From positions 1 to 64,000 of IMG/VR virus record IMGVR_UViG_3300035698_005399: a DNA stretch of 64,000 bases. The stretch is one strand, 5' to 3'. A program made the translations under genes and the position numbers. Under the pieces are notes generated by a model. The model had not been told where the DNA came from and searched no databases. It worked only from the letters and a program-made list of their open reading frames with translations. The DNA comes from a virus. This document shows, piece by piece, positions 17,687 through 28,071 of this stretch (position 1 is the stretch's first letter; the number at the start of each line of letters is the position of its first letter).

Positions 17687-17727
17687 GGCTCCTTTCCCTC
17701 CATTTTGGGAGGGGGGCCTTCTTTTTT
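17687..17727 (+). terminator. Rho-independent terminator
   Basis: 12-bp stem ggctcctttccc/gggaggggggcc (3 G-U pairs) followed by ttctttttt. Confidence 0.75.
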
Positions 17728-17740
17728 AAAAACCCCCACT

Positions 17741-18379
17741 ATGATTAGCAACAGAAAAACAAAATTGACAAATGATGGAAGAGGTGCCGAATCAATTAAT
17801 GTAAAATTAAAAAGATTCTTACCATATTCTATCTTTATTGATAAGCAAAGTTATAAAAATAAATATAGACAGCTTCCTACTAATGGAATCTCTCTATATG
17901 ACTTTGTTGTATCAACTCTAGTAAGAGGAGGATATACATGTGCATCACTTGGAGCAAGTGATACTGTACTATACAATGACCTACTTTTACCAGAAAACCT
18001 ATTCGTTACCAGAGCAGGACAAACATCCAAGACTCTTGAAGGTAAGAAAAAAGATATTGATCTTTATGGTGTAATAGATACCATTCTTGAATATACATGT
18101 TCATGTGGTACTCCTAATACGAGACTCTATTACTCGGAAAAAAGATCCAAAGAATTATATATACCTAATAATGTAGGTATTGAATATAAAAACTCTGCGA
18201 ATTATCCTTGGAGTGAAGCTCCAGTAATTCCTAGAACTGATTATAATAGTCAACTTGCAAGAGTTGCTTATGATAAAAGTAACAACCAGGGCAGTAGACT
18301 TAGCCCAGAAAGACCCAATAGAGCGTATAGCTTAAAGCAAATCATTACTGATTATGCTGATTCAATTTCTTGTTCATAA
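17741..18379 (+). CDS. Hypothetical protein with three degenerate Cys-ending repeats
   Basis: ATG at 17741; the track's TTG start lies inside the terminator. TAATG-coupled to the next gene. Confidence 0.65.
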   Translation: MISNRKTKLTNDGRGAESINVKLKRFLPYSIFIDKQSYKNKYRQLPTNGISLYDFVVSTLVRGGYTCASLGASDTVLYNDLLLPENLFVTRAGQTSKTLEGKKKDIDLYGVIDTILEYTCSCGTPNTRLYYSEKRSKELYIPNNVGIEYKNSANYPWSEAPVIPRTDYNSQLARVAYDKSNNQGSRLSPERPNRAYSLKQIITDYADSISCS

Positions 18380-18915
18380 TGGCTAAAAAAATAATTTCCA
18401 CTGGAAAAATATATATTGATGAGTCATTGCTTAAACAAAGTAAGCCTACATCAGTAAAAGATACTAGAGGATTAGATAGAAAGTATTATGAATTAGATTT
18501 ATCAGCAAGTACTACAAATACTACAAATATTAATACAAATACTACAAATATTAATACAAATGGTATTGCTATTGATTTGATTAATACAAATGCAGATGGA
18601 CTAAAACGTAAGGTTTTAAACATTGGTACTTGGAATATGCATGCTGCGGGTGGTGGTAGTCAAACTAAAACTATTGCTCATGGTATTACACAATCAAATA
18701 TACGTAACGCAGAAGGAGTTCTTGTAAATAATGCTTTAGATACATACTACGCCTCTGGATATATTGGTGCTGCAGGTGATGTTCAATGGACTATTACTAC
18801 TATTGGTCCCACATTAATAACTGTAACTAGAAGACCTTCTGGAGATTTTGACGCGGCTACTTTTGATGGTACAGGTAGTATTAATAGAGGATACTTAATT
18901 ATAGATTACGTTTAA
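18379..18915 (+). CDS. Putative fibre or needle protein (coiled coil plus beta knob)
   Basis: NTTNINT heptads, then TKTIAHGI...ITVTR...NRGYLIIDY. Confidence 0.6.
   Translation: MAKKIISTGKIYIDESLLKQSKPTSVKDTRGLDRKYYELDLSASTTNTTNINTNTTNINTNGIAIDLINTNADGLKRKVLNIGTWNMHAAGGGSQTKTIAHGITQSNIRNAEGVLVNNALDTYYASGYIGAAGDVQWTITTIGPTLITVTRRPSGDFDAATFDGTGSINRGYLIIDYV
18513..18561 (+). repeat. 21-bp tandem repeat, about 2.3 copies
   Basis: tacaaatactacaaatattaa twice plus tacaaat; each unit encodes one heptad. Confidence 0.9.
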
Positions 18916-18926
18916 ATAATAAAATA

Positions 18927-20774
18927 ATGAGTTTATTCGGAAACAACATAAGTGGAGATTGCACAGACTGCCCAGATATAACTTCATCATGGATACTTAC
19001 TGATGGTATTACATCACAAGTAGTTGAACAAGATGAATCAGTTATCGTTACTAATGGAACTGGGATATTAGCTACAGTTTCTGCAATTAACACATTGACA
19101 ATAACACTAAATGCAAACATTGGTGATTTATTAAATGTATCTTCTACAACTCCTGCTATAGGAAATGCATTATTATGGAATGGTTCATCTTGGGTGCCAC
19201 AAAGTATGAGCTTAGATTTTGATTGCTCAGATTTAAATGCGTGTAGTATTGGTAATCTTGGCGATGTACTTATTGAAACAGAGTTATTTGATGGTATTGT
19301 ACTATCATATGATTCCGCTACAGAAAGCTTTGTGCCATCACAACCTGGATTTACAGTAGAAGTAGGAGTAGAATCAGCCTTTATGGTTGTTACTGATGCA
19401 GTATATACACCATCAGTATTGAAATTTGAAGCTACTACTGCTGGTGGGTTAGCTGTATCCAATGATTTCACAGATGCCACAACTGAAATTGTACGTTACG
19501 GTATAGATATTTCAACAGCTAGTCCTGGTGATTACTTGATTTACAGTGGAGATTCAGTAACATGGACAAGTGTTACACCAGGCGCTTATACATTCCAGTG
19601 TTCTGAACTAGCTTCTTGTTCATTAACCGCGTTAGGTGACGTTACAGGCTCTCCTTCAGCAGGTCAGGCACTAGTTTATGATGCTGATTTTGGAGTATGG
19701 TCTCCTGCTACTATTAGTGGAACCTTTGCGGGCATCACATTAGCTGCAGATTCAGGTACAAGCGAACTAGTAGAATCTGGTGATACCCTTACTCTTGCTG
19801 GTGGTCTTGGTATTGATTCAGTTGTTAGTGCGTCAGACACAGTAACATTTAGTTTAAACGCATCTATAGATGATTTAACTGATGTAGATATCACAGGTGC
19901 TGCTAGTGGTGACATATTACAATTGAATGGTTCTGGTGATTGGGTACCACTTACTCCATCTACCATTACTGATACTAATATTGGACTAAATAACCTAACA
20001 GTACCTACTTTAACCAATAGGATATTATCAGGTACAACTACAACAAGTCTATTAACATTTAATAATTTTGGAACAATTAGTCTTCTTTCTATTAATGACT
20101 TAACTCTTGATTCTTCTTCTGGTGTAATTTCTATGGGTGATACAATTGTAACAGATGTATCAGCTATTAGATTTACAGATCGGTCAAATCCATCAGATGC
20201 TTTTATGTGGAATATTGGTGAAGGTGGTAACAATACAGTCCAGACTCCTTATTCAGATGATCTATCTGTTCAATCAAGACTAGACTTTAATTATAATTCT
20301 GGAACATTACCACACCAATTTCAAATCTTTGAAGATGGTCATATTGGAATTAATCAAGCATACTACCTGCCAAATAATATTGTAGGAGCTTCTGTTAATT
20401 ATGTATTAACATTACTTGATGCTACTTCTGGCGAAACCGGATGGCAAGCAAGTTCGGGCTCAGGTGCAGTAGAACTATCAGATCTTACCGATGCTGATAC
20501 TACTGGTTTAGCAGATGGAGACTTATTAGGATATGATGGTGCAAACTGGGTTCCAGTAACCCCATCACAATATGCAGTGGATTCAAGTACTGGATTAACT
20601 TCTGGTACAATAGTTACTCTTTCTGCAGCTACAGTGAATTTAATCTTAGTGGCTAGAAATGGTCAAATTCTATATCCTGGAACAGACTATACCCACACAA
20701 CAGGATCAACAACTGTAACTTTTATACCAGCATTTTCTGGTGGAGAAGATGTAATAGTACATTACTTTAAATAA
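18927..20774 (+). CDS. Tail fibre protein
   Basis: Multiple L.DL.DV......G..L.(W/Y)(N/D)G..WVP repeats. Confidence 0.8.
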   Translation: MSLFGNNISGDCTDCPDITSSWILTDGITSQVVEQDESVIVTNGTGILATVSAINTLTITLNANIGDLLNVSSTTPAIGNALLWNGSSWVPQSMSLDFDCSDLNACSIGNLGDVLIETELFDGIVLSYDSATESFVPSQPGFTVEVGVESAFMVVTDAVYTPSVLKFEATTAGGLAVSNDFTDATTEIVRYGIDISTASPGDYLIYSGDSVTWTSVTPGAYTFQCSELASCSLTALGDVTGSPSAGQALVYDADFGVWSPATISGTFAGITLAADSGTSELVESGDTLTLAGGLGIDSVVSASDTVTFSLNASIDDLTDVDITGAASGDILQLNGSGDWVPLTPSTITDTNIGLNNLTVPTLTNRILSGTTTTSLLTFNNFGTISLLSINDLTLDSSSGVISMGDTIVTDVSAIRFTDRSNPSDAFMWNIGEGGNNTVQTPYSDDLSVQSRLDFNYNSGTLPHQFQIFEDGHIGINQAYYLPNNIVGASVNYVLTLLDATSGETGWQASSGSGAVELSDLTDADTTGLADGDLLGYDGANWVPVTPSQYAVDSSTGLTSGTIVTLSAATVNLILVARNGQILYPGTDYTHTTGSTTVTFIPAFSGGEDVIVHYFK

Positions 20775-20780
20775 ATAAAT

Positions 20781-22238
20781 ATGTCAAGAATTAGATTAGA
20801 CATTCAATCAACATTATCTCCTGCAGCCAATCAGATAATGGCTACGGATTCTGGTGGTGCATTAATATTTGTTTCTGCGCCTACTGCTGATGGGCAATCT
20901 CTTATTAGAACAGGTGGTGTATTAGCATGGTCTACTATTGCTGGTTCATCTTATATTGGCGATGCTACAAGTCATACTGCAAACGGCAATCTAAATATGA
21001 ATACATTAAATATCAGTAATGCTGGTATTATTACTGCAGATAGAATTGCTCTAGCTGACCAAGGCGGAGATACACTTCCTTGGCTTATATACGAAGGACC
21101 AAGTAATGAATTTATTATTGAAAATAATTCTGCTCAAATGCTTAGTCTAACTACCAATTATGAATTAATTCTTGGCGGGTATGGTATTGGTGCTAGAACA
21201 GGAGCGGGTATAGCATATAATTTAGCAATAGATGGTAATGGTATGGTTATTGAAACTCCGGCTAGTGGGGTTGTGGGCGGAAGTACAGTATATGGTTCTG
21301 ATGATGTACTTACTACAAACAGAATTGTATATACAAGAGATCTGGCGATATCTCCAACTGCTAATTTAACATTAACTTTTAGCGGATTAAACAATGATAT
21401 TGTTTTAGATGATGGTGTTATTTTTACTAATGCCATTACATTTAATGTAGCTGCTGCAGATAACTTAACCATTACTGAAGAAGAGGCGGCCAGCGTTAGT
21501 TATATAAGATTTAAAAAATCATCAACCGATTTACTATCTGTTGATGAAGATGGTAATATTCAATTTCATACATACACCTCTATAGGTAGTGTAGCAGGTA
21601 CAGTAGTAAGCATATTAACCGCAGACAGTTCAGGTAATATTTTAAATACTGCTCCTGAAATTGATGTACTTGACAATGTTACTGCAGGATCACCTAGTAG
21701 TGGAGATGCTTTAATATATGATGGTGTTGATACATGGGTGTCACAACAAATTACTCCTATTGATATTAATGCATTAAGTGGTGGATCATTAATATTACAA
21801 GCACAACTATCACCCGGAGACACAATAGGATTTCCTACAACTACTCAATCAAGTGGCAACTTATGGGGAATATATTTCATGCAAGGTACAGCTGTACCTT
21901 GGGCCAGCAATGTTACTACTGGTACAAAACTCACAGGAGTAATAGTTATACCTAGCACTCTTGCTGCTTATAAGATTTATGGGTATGGTATTTCAACTAT
22001 TGCGTCAGGTGCAGCAGAAGATATAACTACTACTCTATTAGTAAATGGCGGAACCACTACAGGTTCTTCTTCATTAAGTACAGCTACTTCTGCTGGAGCA
22101 GGCAAATTAGCAGCAAGTATAGTATTAGGTACTCCTGAGACAATGATAGCAGGGGACATAATTCAAATAGATGTAACAACAGTCAATGGGACAACACCTA
22201 CTGGCTTAGCATTTTACATTGAACTAAGAAGAGTATAA
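20781..22238 (+). CDS. Tail fibre protein
   Basis: Gly/Thr/Ser-rich, with one LDNV....PSSGDALIYDG..WV repeat and a C-terminal AGDIIQIDVT beta domain. Confidence 0.75.
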   Translation: MSRIRLDIQSTLSPAANQIMATDSGGALIFVSAPTADGQSLIRTGGVLAWSTIAGSSYIGDATSHTANGNLNMNTLNISNAGIITADRIALADQGGDTLPWLIYEGPSNEFIIENNSAQMLSLTTNYELILGGYGIGARTGAGIAYNLAIDGNGMVIETPASGVVGGSTVYGSDDVLTTNRIVYTRDLAISPTANLTLTFSGLNNDIVLDDGVIFTNAITFNVAAADNLTITEEEAASVSYIRFKKSSTDLLSVDEDGNIQFHTYTSIGSVAGTVVSILTADSSGNILNTAPEIDVLDNVTAGSPSSGDALIYDGVDTWVSQQITPIDINALSGGSLILQAQLSPGDTIGFPTTTQSSGNLWGIYFMQGTAVPWASNVTTGTKLTGVIVIPSTLAAYKIYGYGISTIASGAAEDITTTLLVNGGTTTGSSSLSTATSAGAGKLAASIVLGTPETMIAGDIIQIDVTTVNGTTPTGLAFYIELRRV

Positions 22239-24874
22239 TGGCACTACACATAGTATCGGGAGTAGAAACAATTAACTCAACTACATCTTATCCAGATGGA
22301 ATTTCAATTCCGACTGGTACAACATTAATCCTTGAAGATGGCACTGATCTAGATACACCATTTATTAATATAACAGGAACATTATCCGCCACAGGAATTG
22401 GCGTAAATGATTCAGTTAAAATTAAATTGGCTGGAGATAGAGCTGTACCAACATCTGGCAATGATCCTACAGAAGGTAGAATTATGGTTATGACTGGTGG
22501 TAATCTTTTATTAAAAGGACCAGATGCTAATCTCAAAACACCATTTACTAGATTACTTAGTACAGTTAATATAACAGATGATACAATTGTAGTCGGCGGC
22601 GTAATTGGATGGAAGGTAGGAGATACTCTTGGTATCTCGCAATCTACAATGTATGCATGGGAAACTGAAGAAAGAACTATTATCGGAATTAGTATTACTG
22701 CTGGTGTATATACTCTTACATTAAACTCAGCTTTATATTATTCCCATTATGGCTCAAACAGTTCTACGTATGATATTACCACAAATGGTAAGACAAAAAC
22801 TATGGATGTCCGTACAGTTGTATCTAACTTAAGCAGACCCATTGAAGTATATACAGATGCTGCTGATGCATATGGTGCTCATATTATGAAAATGACTGAT
22901 GCTAATTCATTAGTATTAATAGGAACACAACTAAGCAGACTAGGTATGAGTGAGCCATCTACATTTCCTTATCAGCCATTTGGAGATACTGGTGGGCCAT
23001 ATGATAGATTTGATTCGCCTTCTGGATCAGGTTTACCTGGAAAATATAGTGTTCATTGGCATCACAATGGAGATAATTCTATTGGAGACTATTGTAAAAA
23101 TGTTGTTACATATCGAAGTAGACATAAGTCATTTGTAATTCATGATTCAAATGGTGTTCTATTAGAAGACAATGTTGCTTATAGAGGATGGAATCATCAA
23201 TTCAGTCTTGGTGAAGATGGTAGAGCACAAGATTGTGTAGTCAATAGAAACTTAGTACAATACTTTAGAAGGATGTACAATGGTAGTGATCCCGGCACAA
23301 ATGATACAGACTTCGCATTTAAATCTAATGGTGGCTCTCTAAGAGAAAATAGAGTTGCCGGTGGGTCATGGCAAAATGAAATGCACCCCGGTGCTTTTTG
23401 GATTACTACACCCAGTATTACTATGAGAGATAATATTGTCTCTGGTGGTATTGCTGGTATTGGTTTCTATTTTGATTTTGTAGGTTCCAGAGATGATGGT
23501 ACATTCTTAGAATTAGATCCTTCTGTTGAATATGATACTATGATTTTTGAAAGAAATCAAGCATCTAGTATTATTGCTGAAGGCGGTCATAAATTTGGAA
23601 CCACAAATGATCTTATACAAGGTATAAATTATACCAGTGTTGCAATTGGATTTTCATATAGAACTTCTGGTTTTGCATTGTGGATGGATCAATTTGATCC
23701 TGATAGACCTACTACTGGAAGAGGCAGCTTTGAATATCTAGTGAATGATTTTAAAGCTTATTCTTGTACTGGGTTTGTTTGGAGTGAATCACCAGCATTT
23801 AGATTAAGTGATTTTGCAGGATTCCATATTGGAACTGCAGGAATGGCAATGGGTGGTTTTTGGGAAGACGGTGTAATACTTAAAAGAGATCTTCTTAAAG
23901 AAGATGAATCTATTATTGCGGATACTAGAAATCCTGCACTACATCCAAACTTTGGAAATTTGAGTGATGATACTGCTCATTATGAAGGATACTTTTTAAA
24001 TAGAGGTCTAGTATCTGGTGCTACAGTTTTAACTGATATGACTAATGTTCGTACTGCAGCATTTAATGTATGGAGTACAGATAAAACTGGTGGTATGAAA
24101 TTATTCAAACGCATGCATAGCATTAAGAATGTATATGTTGATGGATATATAAATTATATTAGAATTACTCATGCTCACGAAGGACCATTTTATTTAACCG
24201 ATTGGAACATTGATAATAAAGATCCGAACTTAAATGCTACATTTGATAGAAGTGATATTGTTGTAGATTTGGGCCAAGATGGTTTAGGTAATACTGATGG
24301 TTTAACTTCTGGTAAAGGTCCAGCACCACATTCACAAACAAGTGATGACGGTCAAATTAAATACCAAAGCACTAATCAATTTAATGCTGGCCTATTTGAC
24401 TTAGATAATAATTTATTATATACTGGTGATGGTACTACTCTCGCTGCAGATAAATACTATGTTGTTCGAGTAACTTCTAGATCATCTGATGTATTAGGTA
24501 TAATTGCTAATAAAGCAGATGGTGCTGCTACATGGTATGATACTAATCATGCTCTTACTTATAGACAAGTACATGAGATGTATGATATTTCTTCTACAGC
24601 AATTAAAGCAATTGGTTCTAATTTAACATATACTTCTTCCGCAGTAGATATACAAATAGACGCATATGGTTCGTTCGATGGAGCAGAAGCTACTATTAAT
24701 AGTAATGCTGTTACATATAATGCAAACAACTATAGAGACGGATTTAATGTTAATTATCTCTTGGGAGATGTGCAACCCCCAGTAGGTACTAATAACGCAA
24801 CGAATGTTTTTGCTGCAGACTTATATGTTGATAGCATAATCATAAATACAGTTTCAACACCATTATTCACATGA
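22238..24874 (+). CDS. G8-domain plus parallel beta-helix protein (CEMIP/TMEM2/fibrocystin-like), putative tailspike depolymerase
   Basis: GWKVGDTLGI, ETEERTI, LYYSHYG, VSNLSRPI, YGAHIM, GKYSVHWHH, VIHDSNGVLLEDNVAY, AFWITTP. Confidence 0.8.
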   Translation: MALHIVSGVETINSTTSYPDGISIPTGTTLILEDGTDLDTPFINITGTLSATGIGVNDSVKIKLAGDRAVPTSGNDPTEGRIMVMTGGNLLLKGPDANLKTPFTRLLSTVNITDDTIVVGGVIGWKVGDTLGISQSTMYAWETEERTIIGISITAGVYTLTLNSALYYSHYGSNSSTYDITTNGKTKTMDVRTVVSNLSRPIEVYTDAADAYGAHIMKMTDANSLVLIGTQLSRLGMSEPSTFPYQPFGDTGGPYDRFDSPSGSGLPGKYSVHWHHNGDNSIGDYCKNVVTYRSRHKSFVIHDSNGVLLEDNVAYRGWNHQFSLGEDGRAQDCVVNRNLVQYFRRMYNGSDPGTNDTDFAFKSNGGSLRENRVAGGSWQNEMHPGAFWITTPSITMRDNIVSGGIAGIGFYFDFVGSRDDGTFLELDPSVEYDTMIFERNQASSIIAEGGHKFGTTNDLIQGINYTSVAIGFSYRTSGFALWMDQFDPDRPTTGRGSFEYLVNDFKAYSCTGFVWSESPAFRLSDFAGFHIGTAGMAMGGFWEDGVILKRDLLKEDESIIADTRNPALHPNFGNLSDDTAHYEGYFLNRGLVSGATVLTDMTNVRTAAFNVWSTDKTGGMKLFKRMHSIKNVYVDGYINYIRITHAHEGPFYLTDWNIDNKDPNLNATFDRSDIVVDLGQDGLGNTDGLTSGKGPAPHSQTSDDGQIKYQSTNQFNAGLFDLDNNLLYTGDGTTLAADKYYVVRVTSRSSDVLGIIANKADGAATWYDTNHALTYRQVHEMYDISSTAIKAIGSNLTYTSSAVDIQIDAYGSFDGAEATINSNAVTYNANNYRDGFNVNYLLGDVQPPVGTNNATNVFAADLYVDSIIINTVSTPLFT

Positions 24875-26673
24875 GCGTAGTATTCACATTCAACAATGTA
24901 GTAGTTGATAAAACCAAGAACATTTCCTTAATTGAAAATGGTTACTCTGAAGATATCCAGAATATATTTGGATTCTCTTTACAAGCATCTTTAGAAAGTA
25001 CTTCAATAGGAACATTGGGCAACTATTTTCCTGATTCATCTGATGCACAAGCTATATTAACTGATTTACCAAGTCCTACATTTAGAACTCCTGGTGGAAC
25101 AGATAGCTGGGCTACTTCTAGAAATGCTTCATATAATGGCGGAGGTAGTAGATATTTTGTTGATAATAATATTATGCCATTTGAAAGTAATGTTGTAGGC
25201 AATGTTATATATGACAATTCTATTGAAAAGGATAAAGTAGATAAATCTATTGATGATGAATTACAACCACACAATTTCTTTTTAAAATTTGAAGCTGGTA
25301 TTGCTAGTATTAATGATTCTGGAAGCCACTCTTATGTAATTAATTATCATACTGATTGGAATGGTAGTAGCTATGACACAACTGAAATAGATGCTGCTTT
25401 AGCAATTGGCATATATGATTATGTAGAAATAGGAAACGAATTGAATGCTACAGGGTATGAGCTTACTTTTCCTACTGCAGATGAAACTTCTGAAGGCGGG
25501 CATGGATGGGATGTTGCAACACAAGATTATATCCAACAAAATAGAGATTTCTATAGAGATAGAACTACTTATTTGGAAACCCAAAAAGGAACTTACGCTA
25601 ATTTAAAGATACTAATGACGGCACCACCGCCACAATTTCTTTTATATCAGAAATTTAATGTCCCTCAAACATCATGGTCTAAAACTATTATTAGACAAAA
25701 AGATTTTGTAGAAAAACTAGTAGCGGACCTTACCACTGGAGCTACTGTAATTGATGGATGGATTCATCATATCTATAATCAAGTAGGAGACTTTCTCTCT
25801 ACTAGTACTCAGGGCACTCCTCCGGGAGTAAGAGATCCAAGTCAAACAATGGTTGAAAACGCATTAGCTTTTGTTAGTAAAGTAGATGTGTCAGGCCAAC
25901 TAATTGGAGATTATCCTTATCATGGACTTAAAGGAAATTATGTAGAATACATTTTAAGGAATTACATTACTCCATATGAAGAAGCTTATCCAGGATTAGA
26001 CCATACAGTTACTGAATGGGCTTTTTCAAATGGTGGCACAGGTACAGTAGACACCATGCTTGCTGCAGCCAATGTAATGAAGTACTTATTGGCCTTCAAT
26101 AGAATTAATGAAGTTATTGATGGTAAGATAACACTAGCAACATATCAAAAGTTTCTTTCTAAACCACCAGAACAACGTGTAGCAAACGATAGAGCCTATG
26201 CTTTATCAGTTATGTTTCCAGCACAAGCAACTAATTTCTGGAAGACTGCTGCTATTTATACAGCTACTGACTTTCAACCAAGTGTAGAACTTCAAGTATT
26301 CAAATTATTCAAGTCTGTAGAAGGCGGTACATTTATTGGAACCACAAAACATCTAGGCGATAACACAAGTTTAGTCATGGATGAAGATGTTGCTATTGAA
26401 CTATTTGAAGATAGTAGTAATAATCAATGGTTATACTACGTTAATGTAACAGATGAAGACATTACAATTAACATGTCTGGAACAAATACTTATGTTCAAG
26501 GTGACGGTGCAGCAGGCTTCTCTGCGAATTCAATCGCAGACGAATGGGTATCAGGCACTTATGCATATGATGGTATCAGCGCAGAGGTAACAAACTACCC
26601 AATGATTTCAATTAATTCTGTTGGTTCAGATAACACTTTAAGGGCAAGAACTGTAGGAAGAATTGAACTTTAA
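24871..26673 (+). CDS. Clan GH-A glycoside hydrolase (GH79/GH51/GH44-like)
   Basis: FRTPGGTDS, YVEIGNEL (acid/base), HHIY, VTEW (nucleophile). Confidence 0.75.
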   Translation: MSVVFTFNNVVVDKTKNISLIENGYSEDIQNIFGFSLQASLESTSIGTLGNYFPDSSDAQAILTDLPSPTFRTPGGTDSWATSRNASYNGGGSRYFVDNNIMPFESNVVGNVIYDNSIEKDKVDKSIDDELQPHNFFLKFEAGIASINDSGSHSYVINYHTDWNGSSYDTTEIDAALAIGIYDYVEIGNELNATGYELTFPTADETSEGGHGWDVATQDYIQQNRDFYRDRTTYLETQKGTYANLKILMTAPPPQFLLYQKFNVPQTSWSKTIIRQKDFVEKLVADLTTGATVIDGWIHHIYNQVGDFLSTSTQGTPPGVRDPSQTMVENALAFVSKVDVSGQLIGDYPYHGLKGNYVEYILRNYITPYEEAYPGLDHTVTEWAFSNGGTGTVDTMLAAANVMKYLLAFNRINEVIDGKITLATYQKFLSKPPEQRVANDRAYALSVMFPAQATNFWKTAAIYTATDFQPSVELQVFKLFKSVEGGTFIGTTKHLGDNTSLVMDEDVAIELFEDSSNNQWLYYVNVTDEDITINMSGTNTYVQGDGAAGFSANSIADEWVSGTYAYDGISAEVTNYPMISINSVGSDNTLRARTVGRIEL

Positions 26674-26698
26674 TGTTAAAAATATTGTTATAATAGTT

Positions 26699-26995
26699 AT
26701 GGAAAACATTACACTTTCAAAAAGAAGCCAAGAAAAAATTCAATCTTTAATTGATAATAAAGATGGATTGGTAAAAGAATTACAAGACAAGGTTCAAAAG
26801 AACTATCAAGAAAATTTAAATGACCTTGAAAAAAGATTCTCTAGTCAGCTAGAAGCATTTATCAATGGCATTGTTAGTCAGTTGGCTGATGATGATGGAG
26901 AATATGTTCTAACTAAAGAAGAGGATGAATTTGTCTTAAAACCTAAAACTCCAGAAGATGGCGATATTCAGCACGACGATAAGCAAAGCGAGTAA
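26699..26995 (+). CDS. Small coiled-coil hypothetical protein
   Basis: ATG at 26699, downstream of a TGnTATAAT-like element. Confidence 0.6.
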   Translation: MENITLSKRSQEKIQSLIDNKDGLVKELQDKVQKNYQENLNDLEKRFSSQLEAFINGIVSQLADDDGEYVLTKEEDEFVLKPKTPEDGDIQHDDKQSE

Positions 26996-27518
26996 TTGTG
27001 ATACAGTTACATTAACAGATACATTTACCAGTGGGGCATTTAAGCTTACTGGTTTTTCTGCTGTATCAGCAGAACTAAATGTATATAGTCATCTTGCATT
27101 AACAACAATTACAACATACGATGTTATTGATGATACTATAGCAGGTGCTTATGGCACATTAACAATTAGTGGCGATGACTTAATAGTAACTACATCAGCT
27201 TTCGCAGATGGTATTTGGTTCTTTGAATTCGAATATACGTATACTGATGTTACATTAAAAACTGAAACCGTATGTATATGTATTAATATTGATTGCGACA
27301 TGCAACAAGATATTGTACAAAACATTAATACAAGATCTTTAACTACAGCAACCAATTGTGATACTTGTGATGATGATTCTTCATTACCTATTAAGTATCC
27401 AATGATGCACCATGCATTAGAGATTGCAGTAGAATGCCAACTGTGTGAAAAAGCAATTGATATTTTTGATTACTTGACATACAAAGTTGATTCAAATCAA
27501 GATTGCTTAGGATGTTAA
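26958..27518 (+). CDS. Putative tail hub / fibre attachment protein
   Basis: Ig-like N-terminal half (DGIW.FEF.Y) and Cys-rich helical C-terminus. Synteny with the crAss-like tail module. Confidence 0.55.
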   Translation: MAIFSTTISKASNCDTVTLTDTFTSGAFKLTGFSAVSAELNVYSHLALTTITTYDVIDDTIAGAYGTLTISGDDLIVTTSAFADGIWFFEFEYTYTDVTLKTETVCICINIDCDMQQDIVQNINTRSLTTATNCDTCDDDSSLPIKYPMMHHALEIAVECQLCEKAIDIFDYLTYKVDSNQDCLGC

Positions 27519-27712
27519 CACTTGAAAACTATACACTAAAACAACTACGGTTACAATACCCAACCGAATATAAAAAACAAATAGTTGATTTTGCCACACA
27601 ATATATTTATTACGAAATGTATGGTTTGGAATCAAAATCAGAATTAATTTATGACTGTCTTGTTGAAAATACAGGATTGAATTATTTTATAGAAAACTAT
27701 GCATTACTATAA
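27512..27712 (+). CDS. Hypothetical protein
   Basis: Short coupled ORF. Confidence 0.55.
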   Translation: MLTLENYTLKQLRLQYPTEYKKQIVDFATQYIYYEMYGLESKSELIYDCLVENTGLNYFIENYALL

Positions 27713-27714
27713 CA

Positions 27715-28071
27715 ATGACATCAATTTTATTAACAGCGACAGAAATATTAACCTATCTACCAGAAGGCATATTTGGATTAATAATTATTCTCTTAGTAAT
27801 TGCTATTAGAGAATTATGGCAAAAAATTAATAAAAAAGAAGATTCGATTGCTATTTTAAATAGAGAACATACAAAACAAATGGCAGCAAAAGATCAACTA
27901 TATAAAGAAGCATTAGAGCATGTATTATTAGGATTAAAAGAATCCAACGAAATTGTTCATAAAATTACAATGAATATTAGTACAATGAACAAACCATTAA
28001 GAGAAGATATAGCAGATCATGATAAACGAATATATACTCTAGTAACAGAAATTAAAAGCCTTATAAAATAA
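27715..28071 (+). CDS. Single-pass membrane protein with coiled coil (holin- or antiholin-like)
   Basis: Hydrophobic GIFGLIIILLVIAI followed by RELWQKINKK and a heptad region. Confidence 0.65.
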   Translation: MTSILLTATEILTYLPEGIFGLIIILLVIAIRELWQKINKKEDSIAILNREHTKQMAAKDQLYKEALEHVLLGLKESNEIVHKITMNISTMNKPLREDIADHDKRIYTLVTEIKSLIK

